This document shows positions 44,039 through 54,532 of a stretch of 64,000 nucleotides of DNA, one piece after another. Origin of the DNA: Patescibacteria group bacterium (lineage in GTDB: Bacteria; Patescibacteriota; Patescibacteriia; UBA9570; JAHJKD01); assembly GCA_041660885.1 (NCBI GenBank), contig JBAZVM010000004.1, positions 22,423 to 86,422 of the forward strand, read 5' to 3'. The position numbers and the translations under genes were made by a program. The notes beneath the pieces are model-generated. The model did not search any database, was not told the DNA's origin, and worked only from the letters and a program-made list of their open reading frames with translations. The first letter of the stretch is position 1; the number at the start of each line of letters is the position of its first letter.

Positions 44039-44068
44039 CAAAAACCCCGCCGATGGCGGGGTTTTTTA
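44039..44068. terminator. bidirectional terminator
   Basis: A-run, CCCCGCC-GAT-GGCGGGG, then a T-run, between the convergent membrane-protein gene and recA. Confidence 0.8.
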
Positions 44069-44080
44069 TTTGTGTGTGAG

Positions 44081-45091
44081 TTATTTGCTCTTTTCTACGG
44101 CGACCATGACGTCTTTTCTTATTTCTTTTATCAATTTCGGATTTTCCTTTAAAAAGGCTTTGGCGTTTTCTCGACCCACGCCCAATTTATTTTCTTTATA
44201 GGCATAGGTGTTTCCGGTTTTGGTAATTACGCCGAATTGCACGCCGGTATCCAGTATGTCCCCGGTTACGGAAATTCCTTCGTTGTACATGATATCGAAT
44301 TCGGTTAGGCGGAAAGGAGCGGCCACTTTATTTTTAACAATTTTTGCTTTTACGCGGTTGCCAATAATGCGATCTCCCTGCTTAATTTGGGCCGCACGGC
44401 GCACTTCTATTCTCACGGAGGAATAAAATTTCAAAGCCGTGCCTCCGGTGGTTGTTTCCGGATTGCCGAACACTATTCCGATTTTCATTCTGATCTGATT
44501 GATGAAAATAATGACCGTGCGCGATTTGGAAACAATGCCCGCGAGCTTTCTTAAAGCTTGGCTCATGAGCCTGGCTTGCAAGCCCATGTGCGAATCTCCC
44601 ATATCTCCTTCTATTTCCGCTTTAGGCGTTAGAGCAGCCACGGAATCGACAACGATTACATCCACCCCGTTAGAGCGCACCAAAGTTTCCACGATTTCTA
44701 AGGCTTGCTCGCCCGTATCCGGCTGAGAAATAAGCATATCATTGATATTCACGCCGATCCTCTTGGCGTATTCCGGATCAAGCGCGTGTTCCGCGTCTAC
44801 GAAAGCGGCTGTGCCGCCGGCTTTCTGCACTTCCGCCACAATGTGCTGGGATAAAGTGGTTTTGCCCGAGGCTTCCGGACCGTATATTTCAATAATGCGG
44901 CCTCGCGGTACGCCGCCGACGCCTAAGGCTATGTCTAGCGACAAACAACCGGTAGAAACCGATTCCACATTCATTTGCTTGGCCTCGCCCAGACGCATAA
45001 TAGCGCCATCGCCAAAGCGTTCTTTGATCTGCTCTATGGCAGTGATAGCCGCTTTATTTCTGCTATCTTTTTCTTCTGATTTTTTTGTCAT
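44081..45091 (-). CDS. recA: recombinase RecA
   Basis: Walker [11 protein letters not shown] and [10 protein letters not shown]. Confidence 0.98.
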   Translation of the reverse strand: MTKKSEEKDSRNKAAITAIEQIKERFGDGAIMRLGEAKQMNVESVSTGCLSLDIALGVGGVPRGRIIEIYGPEASGKTTLSQHIVAEVQKAGGTAAFVDAEHALDPEYAKRIGVNINDMLISQPDTGEQALEIVETLVRSNGVDVIVVDSVAALTPKAEIEGDMGDSHMGLQARLMSQALRKLAGIVSKSRTVIIFINQIRMKIGIVFGNPETTTGGTALKFYSSVRIEVRRAAQIKQGDRIIGNRVKAKIVKNKVAAPFRLTEFDIMYNEGISVTGDILDTGVQFGVITKTGNTYAYKENKLGVGRENAKAFLKENPKLIKEIRKDVMVAVEKSK

Positions 45092-45099
45092 AATTTTTT

Positions 45100-45768
45100 T
45101 TATTGATTAGTTTCCACTAAAATTTGCTTATAAATTATTCTTTCTTTGCTATGCGTTTTCTTGGCTACTATTTTTATGGTGTTCAACCCCGTGCGCAGAG
45201 AAATAGTTTCTTCAAAATTGCCTTCTTTATCCGTAAGAATGACCTGGCCATTGATAAATACTTGGGTATCGGCTTCGGTTTGGCCGGCAATGGTGATAGC
45301 ATGCTCCTTAGTGGTTAATTGATCAGGCAAGTTATTGACGATTAGATCGGGAGGCTGAACAAAATTGCCCACTTCATAAATTAAATACGAGCTTAAAGCC
45401 ACCAGCCCAAAAATAATCAAAAGAGCAACTAGCAATTTAGGAATGACCAAAGCTTTTTGGTTGTACTTGGTAGCGGGTTTGGCCGGATGCTTTTCTTTAT
45501 AAATTACCATTTCCCTGGCCAGCAGACGCTCCATAGTAAACCAATTCAAGCGCAAGAATTGGGAGTATTTTTTTAAATAATTTTTAATGAACAAAGGGCT
45601 GGGCAATTGATTATACTGCCCATTTTCTAAAAAACCAAGATATTCCTTATTTATTTGTATTTTTTTTGCGACTTGTTCCAAAGATAATCCGCTATCTTTT
45701 CTGGCGCGCTTTAATTTATCGCCCAGAGTGCGGTTGCTTAGTATCTGCTTGCTGCTGAATTCGGACAT
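45100..45768 (-). CDS. HTH (XRE-type) membrane protein, RodZ-like
   Basis: N-terminal HTH ([25 protein letters not shown]), a central TM segment and a C-terminal beta domain. Confidence 0.7.
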   Translation of the reverse strand: MSEFSSKQILSNRTLGDKLKRARKDSGLSLEQVAKKIQINKEYLGFLENGQYNQLPSPLFIKNYLKKYSQFLRLNWFTMERLLAREMVIYKEKHPAKPATKYNQKALVIPKLLVALLIIFGLVALSSYLIYEVGNFVQPPDLIVNNLPDQLTTKEHAITIAGQTEADTQVFINGQVILTDKEGNFEETISLRTGLNTIKIVAKKTHSKERIIYKQILVETNQ

Positions 45769-45772
45769 AAGC

Positions 45773-48022
45773 TTAAGCTTTTGGTTGTTCTATCTCTTCT
45801 TCCGGCTCTTCTTCTTTTTCTTCGGCTTCCGCAGCTTCCGCTGGGGCTTGCTCCTCTTCTTCTTTTTCCGATTCTTCCGGCGTTTCATCAGCTGCTCCGG
45901 AAACCAATATTTCGCGCGGCTTGGCGCCATCAGCCGGGCCGATAAATCCTTGTTCTTCCAATATATCTAAAATCCTCGCAGCTCTGGCATAACCAACGCG
46001 CAAACGGCGTTGCAACAAAGAAGCGGAAGCTTTTTTCGCTTGCAAAATTATCTGTTTGGCTTCTTCCAATAATTCATCTTCTGCTTCACCGTCTTGATAA
46101 ACATAAGATGAATTGGCGTGAGCCGGCTTTTCCGTTACTTCCTCGGTATATTCCGGTTTGGCTTTGTTCTTCAAATAACCAACGACTCGGCTTATTTCTT
46201 CTTCCGTCAGGAAAGCACCCTGTAAACGCTTGGGCTTAGCCAAGCTCGCGGATATGTAAAGCATATCTCCCTTGCCAAGCAACTTTTCCGCGCCAGAATG
46301 ATCTAATATGGTGCGAGAATCTATCAAGGATGCCACATTAAATGCCACGCGGGAAGTAATATTCGCCTTGATAAGGCCGGTGATGACATCCACGCTGGGC
46401 CTTTGCGTGGCCAACACCAAATGGATACCCACGGCGCGAGCCATTTGCGCCAAACGGGTAATGGCCGCTTCCACTTCGCGTGCGGAGACGGACATAAGAT
46501 CGGCTAATTCATCAATCACCAATACGATATAAGGCATTTCTCCGCCATTTTTAATGTAATCATGGATATTGCGCTTGCCGGATTGAGAAAGCAGCTCGTA
46601 TCTTCTATCCATTTCATTGACTATCCATTTTAAAGCGTTAATGGTTTTGGTAACATCGGTAATAACCGGTGTTAGCAAATGAGGTATGCCATTATATAAA
46701 GTGAACTCCACTCTTTTCGGATCCACTAAAATTAATTTGAGGTCATCCGGACCATTTTGAAACAGCAAACTCATGATGATAGTGTTGATGCATACGGATT
46801 TTCCCGAACCAGTAGCGCCGGCAATAAGCAAATGGGGCATGGTATCTAAATCGGCTTGATAAGATTTTCCAGCTACGTCTCTGCCTAAACATAAAGTTAA
46901 ATTGTTTTTTCTTTTTTTAAATTCCGGCATCTTGAATATTTCCTTCAAACCAACCATAGCCACGGATTCGTTCGGCACTTCAATGCCAACCAAAGACTTT
47001 CCCGGAATGGGCGCTTCTATTCTTATGGGATGCGCGGCCAAGGCTAAGGAAAGGTCGTTAGAAAGAGTGGTGATCTGGGCCAGCTTCACGCCTTCGGAAG
47101 GCTTAAGCGTATATTGCGTGACTGTAGGGCCGACGCTGACATCTCCCAAGGTGGTTTCTATGCCGAAACTCGCCAAAGTATGGTGGATTACCTCTTTATT
47201 CTTATTGATATCGCCGCTGGTGGGCTTTTCATTTTTGTTGTTTAGAAGCTCCAAAGGAATGGCAATATGGCGATGCTGGCGTTTAGGAGGAACGAGTTCC
47301 ATTTGTTTGGGTTTTCCGCTCTCTTCCGTACCGTTATCGGCTATTTCGCGTTGATTAAACGAAGGATTTTCCTCTCCTTCTTCATTTACTTCCTCATATT
47401 CTTCATATTCACTTTTTTCTCGAATGCTGGAAATGCCATCTTTGGCGCGGCCGAATAAATGTAAAATAAATTGGCCGATTTTTCCCAAAAAGCTGGTAGC
47501 GGGAAATTTGTTAAGCATGGCGGCTAAAGAAGTGTTAAACATGAGCAGCAAAGAAGTAACGCCTAAAGCGATAATAACTACCCAAGCCACCCAGACCGAA
47601 GAAATTTTTAACAATGGATAACTTAAAACCATGCCTAAACGGCCTCCGGCGGATTGATCACCGTCTAAAGAATTAAGGAAAGCCAGAAAACTTAAAGTGA
47701 ATAAACCAATACCTAAATAATTGGCAATGGTAATACGGTACTTTTCCGGATAAATTAACAAATAACCAATAATTATAAGAAACACGGGTAAAATATATTT
47801 GCCATAGCCAAAAACATACATCAGTACGCTATCCAGTTTATTGCCAATCTGCCCGGCGAGATCAAACATGGAAAGGAGGGATATGGCAGCCAAAGCGAAG
47901 AGCACGACAATCACAATGCCCTTTTGCGTTTCCGCGGGCATGGATTTTGATTTCCTGCTTTTCTTTGGTTCTTCTTCCAATTCTTCCTCTATTTTCTTGT
48001 TTTTTGCTTTCTTTTTTGACAT
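45773..48022 (-). CDS. ftsK: DNA translocase FtsK/SpoIIIE
   Basis: N-terminal TM segments, Walker A AGATGSGKSV, and a C-terminal winged-helix gamma domain (LLQRRLRVGYARAARILD). Confidence 0.95.
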   Translation of the reverse strand: MSKKKAKNKKIEEELEEEPKKSRKSKSMPAETQKGIVIVVLFALAAISLLSMFDLAGQIGNKLDSVLMYVFGYGKYILPVFLIIIGYLLIYPEKYRITIANYLGIGLFTLSFLAFLNSLDGDQSAGGRLGMVLSYPLLKISSVWVAWVVIIALGVTSLLLMFNTSLAAMLNKFPATSFLGKIGQFILHLFGRAKDGISSIREKSEYEEYEEVNEEGEENPSFNQREIADNGTEESGKPKQMELVPPKRQHRHIAIPLELLNNKNEKPTSGDINKNKEVIHHTLASFGIETTLGDVSVGPTVTQYTLKPSEGVKLAQITTLSNDLSLALAAHPIRIEAPIPGKSLVGIEVPNESVAMVGLKEIFKMPEFKKRKNNLTLCLGRDVAGKSYQADLDTMPHLLIAGATGSGKSVCINTIIMSLLFQNGPDDLKLILVDPKRVEFTLYNGIPHLLTPVITDVTKTINALKWIVNEMDRRYELLSQSGKRNIHDYIKNGGEMPYIVLVIDELADLMSVSAREVEAAITRLAQMARAVGIHLVLATQRPSVDVITGLIKANITSRVAFNVASLIDSRTILDHSGAEKLLGKGDMLYISASLAKPKRLQGAFLTEEEISRVVGYLKNKAKPEYTEEVTEKPAHANSSYVYQDGEAEDELLEEAKQIILQAKKASASLLQRRLRVGYARAARILDILEEQGFIGPADGAKPREILVSGAADETPEESEKEEEEQAPAEAAEAEEKEEEPEEEIEQPKA

Positions 48023-48046
48023 GATAATGCTAATTAATGCCTAATT

Positions 48047-48075
48047 ATAATAGCATATTTTCCTTAAATTTTCAA
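48047..48075 (-). promoter_or_regulatory. putative ftsK-rodZ-recA promoter
   Basis: On the minus strand: TTGAAA (48075-48070), 17 nt spacer, TATTAT (48052-48047). Confidence 0.55.
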
Positions 48076-48090
48076 AGAGCTTTTTTTACA

Positions 48091-48114
48091 ACAAAAAAGG
48101 GCTTCTCGCCCTTT
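48091..48114 (-). terminator. terminator ending the pur/gua operon
   Basis: AAGGGC-TTCTC-GCCCTT, with TTTTTTGT on the minus strand. Confidence 0.6.
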
Positions 48115-48170
48115 CTGTTTATAATTTTAGACTACTATTATTGTATTGTCAAAATTTAGAATTAGGTTAT

Positions 48171-49379
48171 TTAGCTACCTGCATTCGGTTCCATCATGCC
48201 GAATTGCTTAACAAACATTTTTTTTGCGTTTTCCACTACAGCGATTAATCCTTTATATAATACTCTGGTATTATCCGGATTATGATATTTCGTTAAATAA
48301 TTTTCATTAGTAGCTTTATCTGTTTCAATCAACCAGCCATAGACTTGTTGAACGTTGTTTTCTCCAAAAAAACGTTGGGCAAAGTGCTCCTGAAAACGGC
48401 TAATAGCATAAGAACGCTGTTCAGCAGGTAGGTCGTGATTTATTCTCTCTACGAAATCTTGAAAATCAGTGCTAAATGATTGGGTAAAGTCATCCACTAA
48501 TTCGGAATAATTATCCAAAGTCGTTTCTCGATTATTCATTCGGTTGATAAAACCGATCAAATCCGTAAATAAACGAATACTGGCATAATTAATAATAATG
48601 TCAGCTTGTTCTTCCGGAGAAAACTGTCTTGTTTTTTCCCAAATATTAAAATTATGAGAGCTCCCTTGGCTGTAATTAAGCAGACCGCCCGCGTCTCCTA
48701 CTTTTAAAGAGTCTAAACCAATATTTCCTTTTAACAATCTAAATCCGCAATCTTCTAAACTTCTCACGCCTGCCGGATGATTTATAAAATTTTGTGCTCT
48801 ATTTTCCGGAGCGTCAATTATATATAATCCAGATTCTTTTAATTTTTTCAAAACTTCCGGATTAGGTTCAGTAGAAATAAAATTAGTATATATTGCGTCT
48901 AAATCCTCTGGAACGGACTCATTTTGCTGAGCCGGTTCAGCTATCCATTCAATAGCTGATCCGTCCGTTAATTCAGTATGCAATCCCTTTTCTCTGTCCT
49001 CGTGCGTGATATCAGAACTTTTTCTTAAAAATGACGATTCCAATCTTTGTCTGAGATTGTTTTGTCCATTAACCTCTTCATGGTAAATAGGATCAACAAA
49101 AGAATGTTTTGTTCCTTCCGGAGAAATTAGCAACGGCACAACATCATAGCCGGAAGCCGGGTAGTACCATTTTTGATTCTTTCCCCTTCTTTCAAAAGCG
49201 GTTCTTAAAGTATAAATTAAATTTTTATCCTTATCCGACATACCATCCAGAACATGATCAAATTGCCTCACCTTTTTTTCAGGTTCAGGTGGTGGTGGCA
49301 TTTCTATTTTTACCCAAGATGGTCTTGGCCCATTTACTCCAGATTCTCCCATGTAATTAAAATATTTAATTATTCCCAC
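48171..49379 (-). CDS. hypothetical protein (402 aa; possibly 393 aa from ATG 49352)
   Basis: ORF only, the last gene of the purine operon. It overlaps the guaA 3' end by 10 nt if the start is 49379. The WYYPASGYDVVPLL segment is unassigned. Confidence 0.55.
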   Translation of the reverse strand: MGIIKYFNYMGESGVNGPRPSWVKIEMPPPPEPEKKVRQFDHVLDGMSDKDKNLIYTLRTAFERRGKNQKWYYPASGYDVVPLLISPEGTKHSFVDPIYHEEVNGQNNLRQRLESSFLRKSSDITHEDREKGLHTELTDGSAIEWIAEPAQQNESVPEDLDAIYTNFISTEPNPEVLKKLKESGLYIIDAPENRAQNFINHPAGVRSLEDCGFRLLKGNIGLDSLKVGDAGGLLNYSQGSSHNFNIWEKTRQFSPEEQADIIINYASIRLFTDLIGFINRMNNRETTLDNYSELVDDFTQSFSTDFQDFVERINHDLPAEQRSYAISRFQEHFAQRFFGENNVQQVYGWLIETDKATNENYLTKYHNPDNTRVLYKGLIAVVENAKKMFVKQFGMMEPNAGS

Positions 49380-51160
49380 TCAATAGTTCCCGGCGGTTTA
49401 TTGGTGATGTCGTAAAAAATATAATCAATACCTTTAAGCTTCTTTATTTTTTTCAACAGTGATTGCAAAACCGTCTTTTTCATTTGATAAAAATTTACAG
49501 TCATGGCTTCTTGCGATTCTATGGGGCGAAGTACCAAAGATTCTCCTCTATCTCCCATCGGCACCAAAACCGAAGGGAATTGCCAAATTTCTTTATCAAT
49601 TTTATTTTTAGCAATATGATTCATGACAATATCATCGGCTTGTTTTAATAAATTCATTCTTTCTTTAATTAAAAAAGCTATTTTCGTGCGGAAGATTAAT
49701 TTTTTATTTTTTGCCGACACCAAATAAAGCACTCTGTTAACCTGATGAACTTTATTGGTTATTAAAACGGATAATTCATTTAATATTTTAAAATTCGCCT
49801 TGCCCATGAGAACCACGGGGTGCTTGTAGGAACGCTCGTCTCCTTGCACGCCCACGCTTTTAATGGGCAATACATGAGCTCGCAAACGATATTTTGCCAC
49901 CAATTTATTTATTCTAGCCTCTATCTCGTGCTGTCTATGAACTTTTTCCCGGCCCATAGAGCACAAGGCGCGGATAGCCAAGCCCGGCCCGGGAAAAGGA
50001 TGGCGCTCTAATAATTTTTCCGCCAAACCAAGCGAACGACCCAAAGCGCGCACTTCGTCTTTATATAAATCTTTCAGCGGTTCTATTATCCTGCCTTTTT
50101 TTATCATTTCCTGGATCAAATCCACGCGATTATGATGCGTTTTAATTTTATCCGCGTGCGCCGTACCGCCGGATTCTATGGTATCGGGATAAATGGTTCC
50201 CTGCCCCAAAAGATATTCATCAATATTCAGTTTTCTCATTTCCTCGTTGGCAATGGTTACGAAAAGCTCGCCAATAATTTTTCTTTTTTCTTCCGGTTCC
50301 GCCACTCCTTCCAAATCTCGCATGAACCTTCCGGAAGCGTCGTATACTTTCAAGTCTTTAAACCCGGCCTCGGCCAATCCCTTCTTAACTTTGGCCGATT
50401 CGTTTAATCTCATAAAACCTGTATCCACGTGAAAACCATACACGCGTTCTTTGCCCAAAGCTTTTTCCAAAAGCGCGTAAGCCACGGTGGAATCCACGCC
50501 CCCGGAAACCAACAGAAAAACTTTCTTGTCTTTGGCTTGTTCTTTGATGTCTTTAATTATTTGGTCTTTCAAATCGGCCGCGTTCCAATTTTTTTGCGCT
50601 TCGCAAATAGAAAAAACAAAATTGGAAATTATTTTTTGCCCGTTTTTCGTGTGAAAAACTTCAGGATGGAATTGAAAGCCGTAGCGCTTGTTTTTTTCAT
50701 CAGCCATGGCGGAAACCGCGCAATCGCGGCTTTTCCCCACCAGTTTAAACCCAGCAGGAAGCTTGCTGACATAATCTCCGTGGCTCATCCAGACTACTTC
50801 TTCTTTCTTTAAACCTTGAAAAATTTTAGATTTACTAATTTTAATTTTTGCTTCGCCGTATTCTTTGGTATCTCCCTTACCCACTTTTCCTCCCAAATAA
50901 TAAGCCATTAATTGATGGCCGTAGCATAAACCCAATAAGGGTTTTTTTAATTTAAAAATAACGGGATTGTAAGGTATCTTTTCCTGGTAAACGCTTTTGG
51001 GGCTGCCGGATAAAATAATGCCCCAAGATTCTTTTAACACGCTTTCCTCAACATCCGGGGAATATATTTTCGCCAGCACGCCCAATTGGCGTATGCGCCG
51101 AGCGATAAGGTGTGTATACTGTGAACCGAAATCTAAAATGGCGATGTATTTTTTTTCCAT
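49370..51160 (-). CDS. guaA: GMP synthase (glutamine-hydrolysing), long form
   Basis: GATase domain (GLCYGHQ, HPE), ATP-PPase P-loop SGGVDSTV, and C-terminal ...PPGTIEWE. 596 aa. Confidence 0.95.
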   Translation of the reverse strand: MEKKYIAILDFGSQYTHLIARRIRQLGVLAKIYSPDVEESVLKESWGIILSGSPKSVYQEKIPYNPVIFKLKKPLLGLCYGHQLMAYYLGGKVGKGDTKEYGEAKIKISKSKIFQGLKKEEVVWMSHGDYVSKLPAGFKLVGKSRDCAVSAMADEKNKRYGFQFHPEVFHTKNGQKIISNFVFSICEAQKNWNAADLKDQIIKDIKEQAKDKKVFLLVSGGVDSTVAYALLEKALGKERVYGFHVDTGFMRLNESAKVKKGLAEAGFKDLKVYDASGRFMRDLEGVAEPEEKRKIIGELFVTIANEEMRKLNIDEYLLGQGTIYPDTIESGGTAHADKIKTHHNRVDLIQEMIKKGRIIEPLKDLYKDEVRALGRSLGLAEKLLERHPFPGPGLAIRALCSMGREKVHRQHEIEARINKLVAKYRLRAHVLPIKSVGVQGDERSYKHPVVLMGKANFKILNELSVLITNKVHQVNRVLYLVSAKNKKLIFRTKIAFLIKERMNLLKQADDIVMNHIAKNKIDKEIWQFPSVLVPMGDRGESLVLRPIESQEAMTVNFYQMKKTVLQSLLKKIKKLKGIDYIFYDITNKPPGTIEWE

Positions 51161-51163
51161 AAA

Positions 51164-52666
51164 TTAGTGTTTGAAAGCGCGATTACCGGTAAACACCATG
51201 GCAATGCCGTATTCATCGCACGCTTTAATGACTTCCGCGTCGCGGATGGAACCGCCGGGCTGAATAATGGCCTTAATGCCTTCGGAAGCCAGCTTGTCAA
51301 TGGAATCTCTAAAGGGAAAATAGGCGTCTGAAGCCAGAACGCAGCCAAAAATATTTTTGCCCGCCTTTTTTAAAGCGATGTCCGTGGCATCCACGCGGGA
51401 AACCTGGCCGCAGCCCACGCCAACCGTAGTATTATTTTTAGTGATCAATATGGCGTTAGATTTAACATGTTTAATGATTCTCCACGCGAATAATAATTCT
51501 TTTATTTGTTCCAGATTTGGCTTGGCCCTGGTCACAACTTTCAAATCTTTCTTCTCAACCAATAATCTATCCAAGTCTTGCACGAGCAAACCGCCAACCA
51601 CTTTGCGCAGATCGCGAATTTTTTTTGTTCTGGTCAATTTTCCAGTTTCCAATAATCTTAAATTTTTCTTAGCTGATAATATTTTTAAGGCTTGAGCGGA
51701 AAATTTAGTAGCAATCACGATTTCCGCGAATACTTTGCTGATTTTCAGAGCGATTGCCTCATTGCATTCTCGGTTCAGCGCAATTATTCCGCCGAACGCA
51801 GATAATTTGTCTGCATTATAGGCTTGTTGAAAAGCCGTAGTAATATCTTTATTAGTGGAAGCGCCGCAAGGATTAGCATGCTTGATTACGGCGCAGGCTG
51901 GCTCTGCAAAATCGCGCACGATATTAATGGCCGCGTCCGCGTCCATAATATTATTGTACGAAAGCTGTTTGCCTCCCAACACTTTAGCCGTGGCCACGCA
52001 AGGTTCGGGAATGTGCGGTTCCGTGTAAAAACAAGCGGCTTGGTGCGGATTCTCGCCGTATCTTAATTCGTAAGCTTTTTTAAAGCCAAAGCTTATTTCT
52101 TTGGTAAATTTTTTCTCCTCATTCAAATAATCGGCGATTAATGAATCGTAATATCCGGTATGAGCAAACGCTTTTTGCGCCAAATATTTTTTCGTGTCTA
52201 AACTTAATTTCTTTTTTTCTTTTAATTCCTTAATAATCAAAGAATAATCTTCCGGATCAACCACCACGCCCACATCTTGATGATTCTTCGCGGCCGCGCG
52301 TACCATGGTCGGGCCGCCGATATCTATATTCTCTATGCCCGGCTTTTCTTCAAAAGGATATAAATTCACGATCACTAGATCGATCATCTGAATCTTGTGC
52401 TTCTTGGCCGCGGCCATATGCTTTTTATTTCCACGAATGGCTAAAATTCCGCCGTGCACTTTGGGATGCAGAGTTTTCAAGCGGCCATCCAACATTTCCG
52501 GAAACCCCGTATATTCGGAAATTTCTTGAACTTTAATTTTATTCTTTTTAAGTAAAGCGTATGTGCCGCCCGTGGAAATAATTTCCACTTTTAATTTATT
52601 CAGTTCTCTAGCCAGTTCAATAATGCCTTCTTTATTGGACACGGAAATTAATGCGCGTTTGATCAT
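51164..52666 (-). CDS. purH: bifunctional AICAR transformylase / IMP cyclohydrolase
   Basis: MGS-like N-terminus ([11 protein letters not shown]...STGGT) and the AICARFT domain. Confidence 0.97.
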   Translation of the reverse strand: MIKRALISVSNKEGIIELARELNKLKVEIISTGGTYALLKKNKIKVQEISEYTGFPEMLDGRLKTLHPKVHGGILAIRGNKKHMAAAKKHKIQMIDLVIVNLYPFEEKPGIENIDIGGPTMVRAAAKNHQDVGVVVDPEDYSLIIKELKEKKKLSLDTKKYLAQKAFAHTGYYDSLIADYLNEEKKFTKEISFGFKKAYELRYGENPHQAACFYTEPHIPEPCVATAKVLGGKQLSYNNIMDADAAINIVRDFAEPACAVIKHANPCGASTNKDITTAFQQAYNADKLSAFGGIIALNRECNEAIALKISKVFAEIVIATKFSAQALKILSAKKNLRLLETGKLTRTKKIRDLRKVVGGLLVQDLDRLLVEKKDLKVVTRAKPNLEQIKELLFAWRIIKHVKSNAILITKNNTTVGVGCGQVSRVDATDIALKKAGKNIFGCVLASDAYFPFRDSIDKLASEGIKAIIQPGGSIRDAEVIKACDEYGIAMVFTGNRAFKH

Positions 52667-52667
52667 A

Positions 52668-53243
52668 TTATTTTTTATATTCTTTTAAAGCTTCTACTAT
52701 TATTTCTTGCTCAGCCGCCTGCACTTTGGCTTTTAATCTATCAGGCGTTTCGCCTTTAACTATGGCAACTTTTTTTTGCTTGATAATCGGTCCGCTATCG
52801 GGAATCTCCGTGACATAATGCAAAGTACAGCCGCTTTCGGTTTCATGATTCTTTAAAACTTCTTCATGCACGTTTAAATCCATGCCTCCGGCGTATTTCG
52901 GCAATAGCGAAGGATGAATATTCATCATGCGGTTCTCGTATTTTTTTACAAAAGGCTTGGATAAAATTCTCATCCAGCCTAATAACAAAATTAAATCAAT
53001 CTTATACTCATCAAGTATAGCCATTAATTTTTTATCATACTCTTCCCTGTCCTTTATCCCCTTGGAAGGCAGGGCTCTGGTTTCAATCTCGGCAATTTCC
53101 GCCCTTTCTAAAATAAAAGCTTCAGGCTTATTGGAAATCACTACTTTTAAATTTATATTGGGAAGCTCCCCAGCTTTAATGGCATCTATCACGGCTTGCA
53201 GATCCGAACCTTTGGTTGATCCCAATACGGCAAGATTAACCAT
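52668..53243 (-). CDS. purN: phosphoribosylglycinamide formyltransferase
   Basis: NIHPSLLPKYAGG and the ...SGCTLHYV... motif. Confidence 0.9.
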   Translation of the reverse strand: MVNLAVLGSTKGSDLQAVIDAIKAGELPNINLKVVISNKPEAFILERAEIAEIETRALPSKGIKDREEYDKKLMAILDEYKIDLILLLGWMRILSKPFVKKYENRMMNIHPSLLPKYAGGMDLNVHEEVLKNHETESGCTLHYVTEIPDSGPIIKQKKVAIVKGETPDRLKAKVQAAEQEIIVEALKEYKK

Positions 53244-54531
53244 TTCTGATTTCCTCCATCATTTTTACGCGTTTGTCTATTAAAGCATTAGTGCCAATAT
53301 CTTCCCTATGAAAAACCGGGCCTTTAATTTTAATTATTTCCTGCTCCACGATTTTTTCCGCTTCCTCTAGCGTATCTGCTTTGGCAATGACGCCAATGGC
53401 ACGAGAGCCTTTTAAAATTATTTGATTATCTTTCAAATCTACTGAAGCGTAAAATAATTTAACTTTATTTTGGTCAACCTTTGACACATCAATGGCTTGA
53501 TTCTTTACCGGCTTTTCCGGATAACCTTCAGGCACCACATATTTGCAGACCGTAGCTTTATTTTCAAACTCCACATTTAGTTTATCTAATGCCCCATCGA
53601 CTATTGCTTGGCCTATTTGTGCCAGATCAGTTTTTAAAACTAACAGCACATTCATGGCTTCGGGATCTCCCAAGCGGGCATTATACTCGATAATTTTCAA
53701 CCCATTTTTCGTGGTGATAAAATTACCGTACAACACTCCGCGATAATCGCCTAAAGCTTCCAAAACCTGCTGATTAATTTTCTGCGCCTCTTCAATATCA
53801 CCAACTTTCAAAAAAGGCATGCTAGAATTAGCGCAAGAATAAGAGCCCATGCCCCCGGTATTTGGTCCTTTATCGCCGACCAGCGCTCTTTTGTGATCCT
53901 GCACCGCGGGCATGTGCGCTAAATGCTTGCCGTCCGCGAAACTCATCAAAGAAAATTCTTGGCCGATTAATTTTTCTTCTATAATTACTTTGCCATCTTT
54001 TTGCAAACACTCTTTTGCATAATTAATTCCTTCATTCGCAGATTGAAAATGATCATCTTGTACTTTCACGCCTTTGCCGCCAGTTAAGCCATCCGGCTTT
54101 ACAACAAATTTTTCCAAACTAGAACAAAATTCTTCCAAGCCTTCTTCTGATACAAAAGTTTTATATTTTGGATAAGCTAAAATATTGTTCTTTACCAATA
54201 AATCACGAGTAAAAGATTTTGAAGTTTCTAATTTTGCCAATTCTTTTACTGGGCCGACAGCCGGTATGTTAATTTTAGCTAATTCGTCTACCACGCCTGC
54301 GGCGAGCGGCGCTTCGGGGCCGATCCAAGCGTAGTTCGGCTTTATTTTTTTAGCATAATCTAAAATAGCTGGAACATCTTCCAGATCCCCGATTTTGATT
54401 TCCGTGGCCAGTTTTAAAATGCCTGGATTATTAGCTGAAGCAAAAACGAATAATTCTACTTCCTTATTTTCTTTTAATTTATAAGCAATGGCGTGTTCCC
54501 TCGCCCCATTGCCGATCAATAAAATTTTCAT
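53236..54531 (-). CDS. purD: phosphoribosylamine-glycine ligase
   Basis: ATP-grasp fold with GPNTGGMGSYS. Confidence 0.95.
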   Translation of the reverse strand: MKILLIGNGAREHAIAYKLKENKEVELFVFASANNPGILKLATEIKIGDLEDVPAILDYAKKIKPNYAWIGPEAPLAAGVVDELAKINIPAVGPVKELAKLETSKSFTRDLLVKNNILAYPKYKTFVSEEGLEEFCSSLEKFVVKPDGLTGGKGVKVQDDHFQSANEGINYAKECLQKDGKVIIEEKLIGQEFSLMSFADGKHLAHMPAVQDHKRALVGDKGPNTGGMGSYSCANSSMPFLKVGDIEEAQKINQQVLEALGDYRGVLYGNFITTKNGLKIIEYNARLGDPEAMNVLLVLKTDLAQIGQAIVDGALDKLNVEFENKATVCKYVVPEGYPEKPVKNQAIDVSKVDQNKVKLFYASVDLKDNQIILKGSRAIGVIAKADTLEEAEKIVEQEIIKIKGPVFHREDIGTNALIDKRVKMMEEIRNG

Positions 54532-54532
54532 A

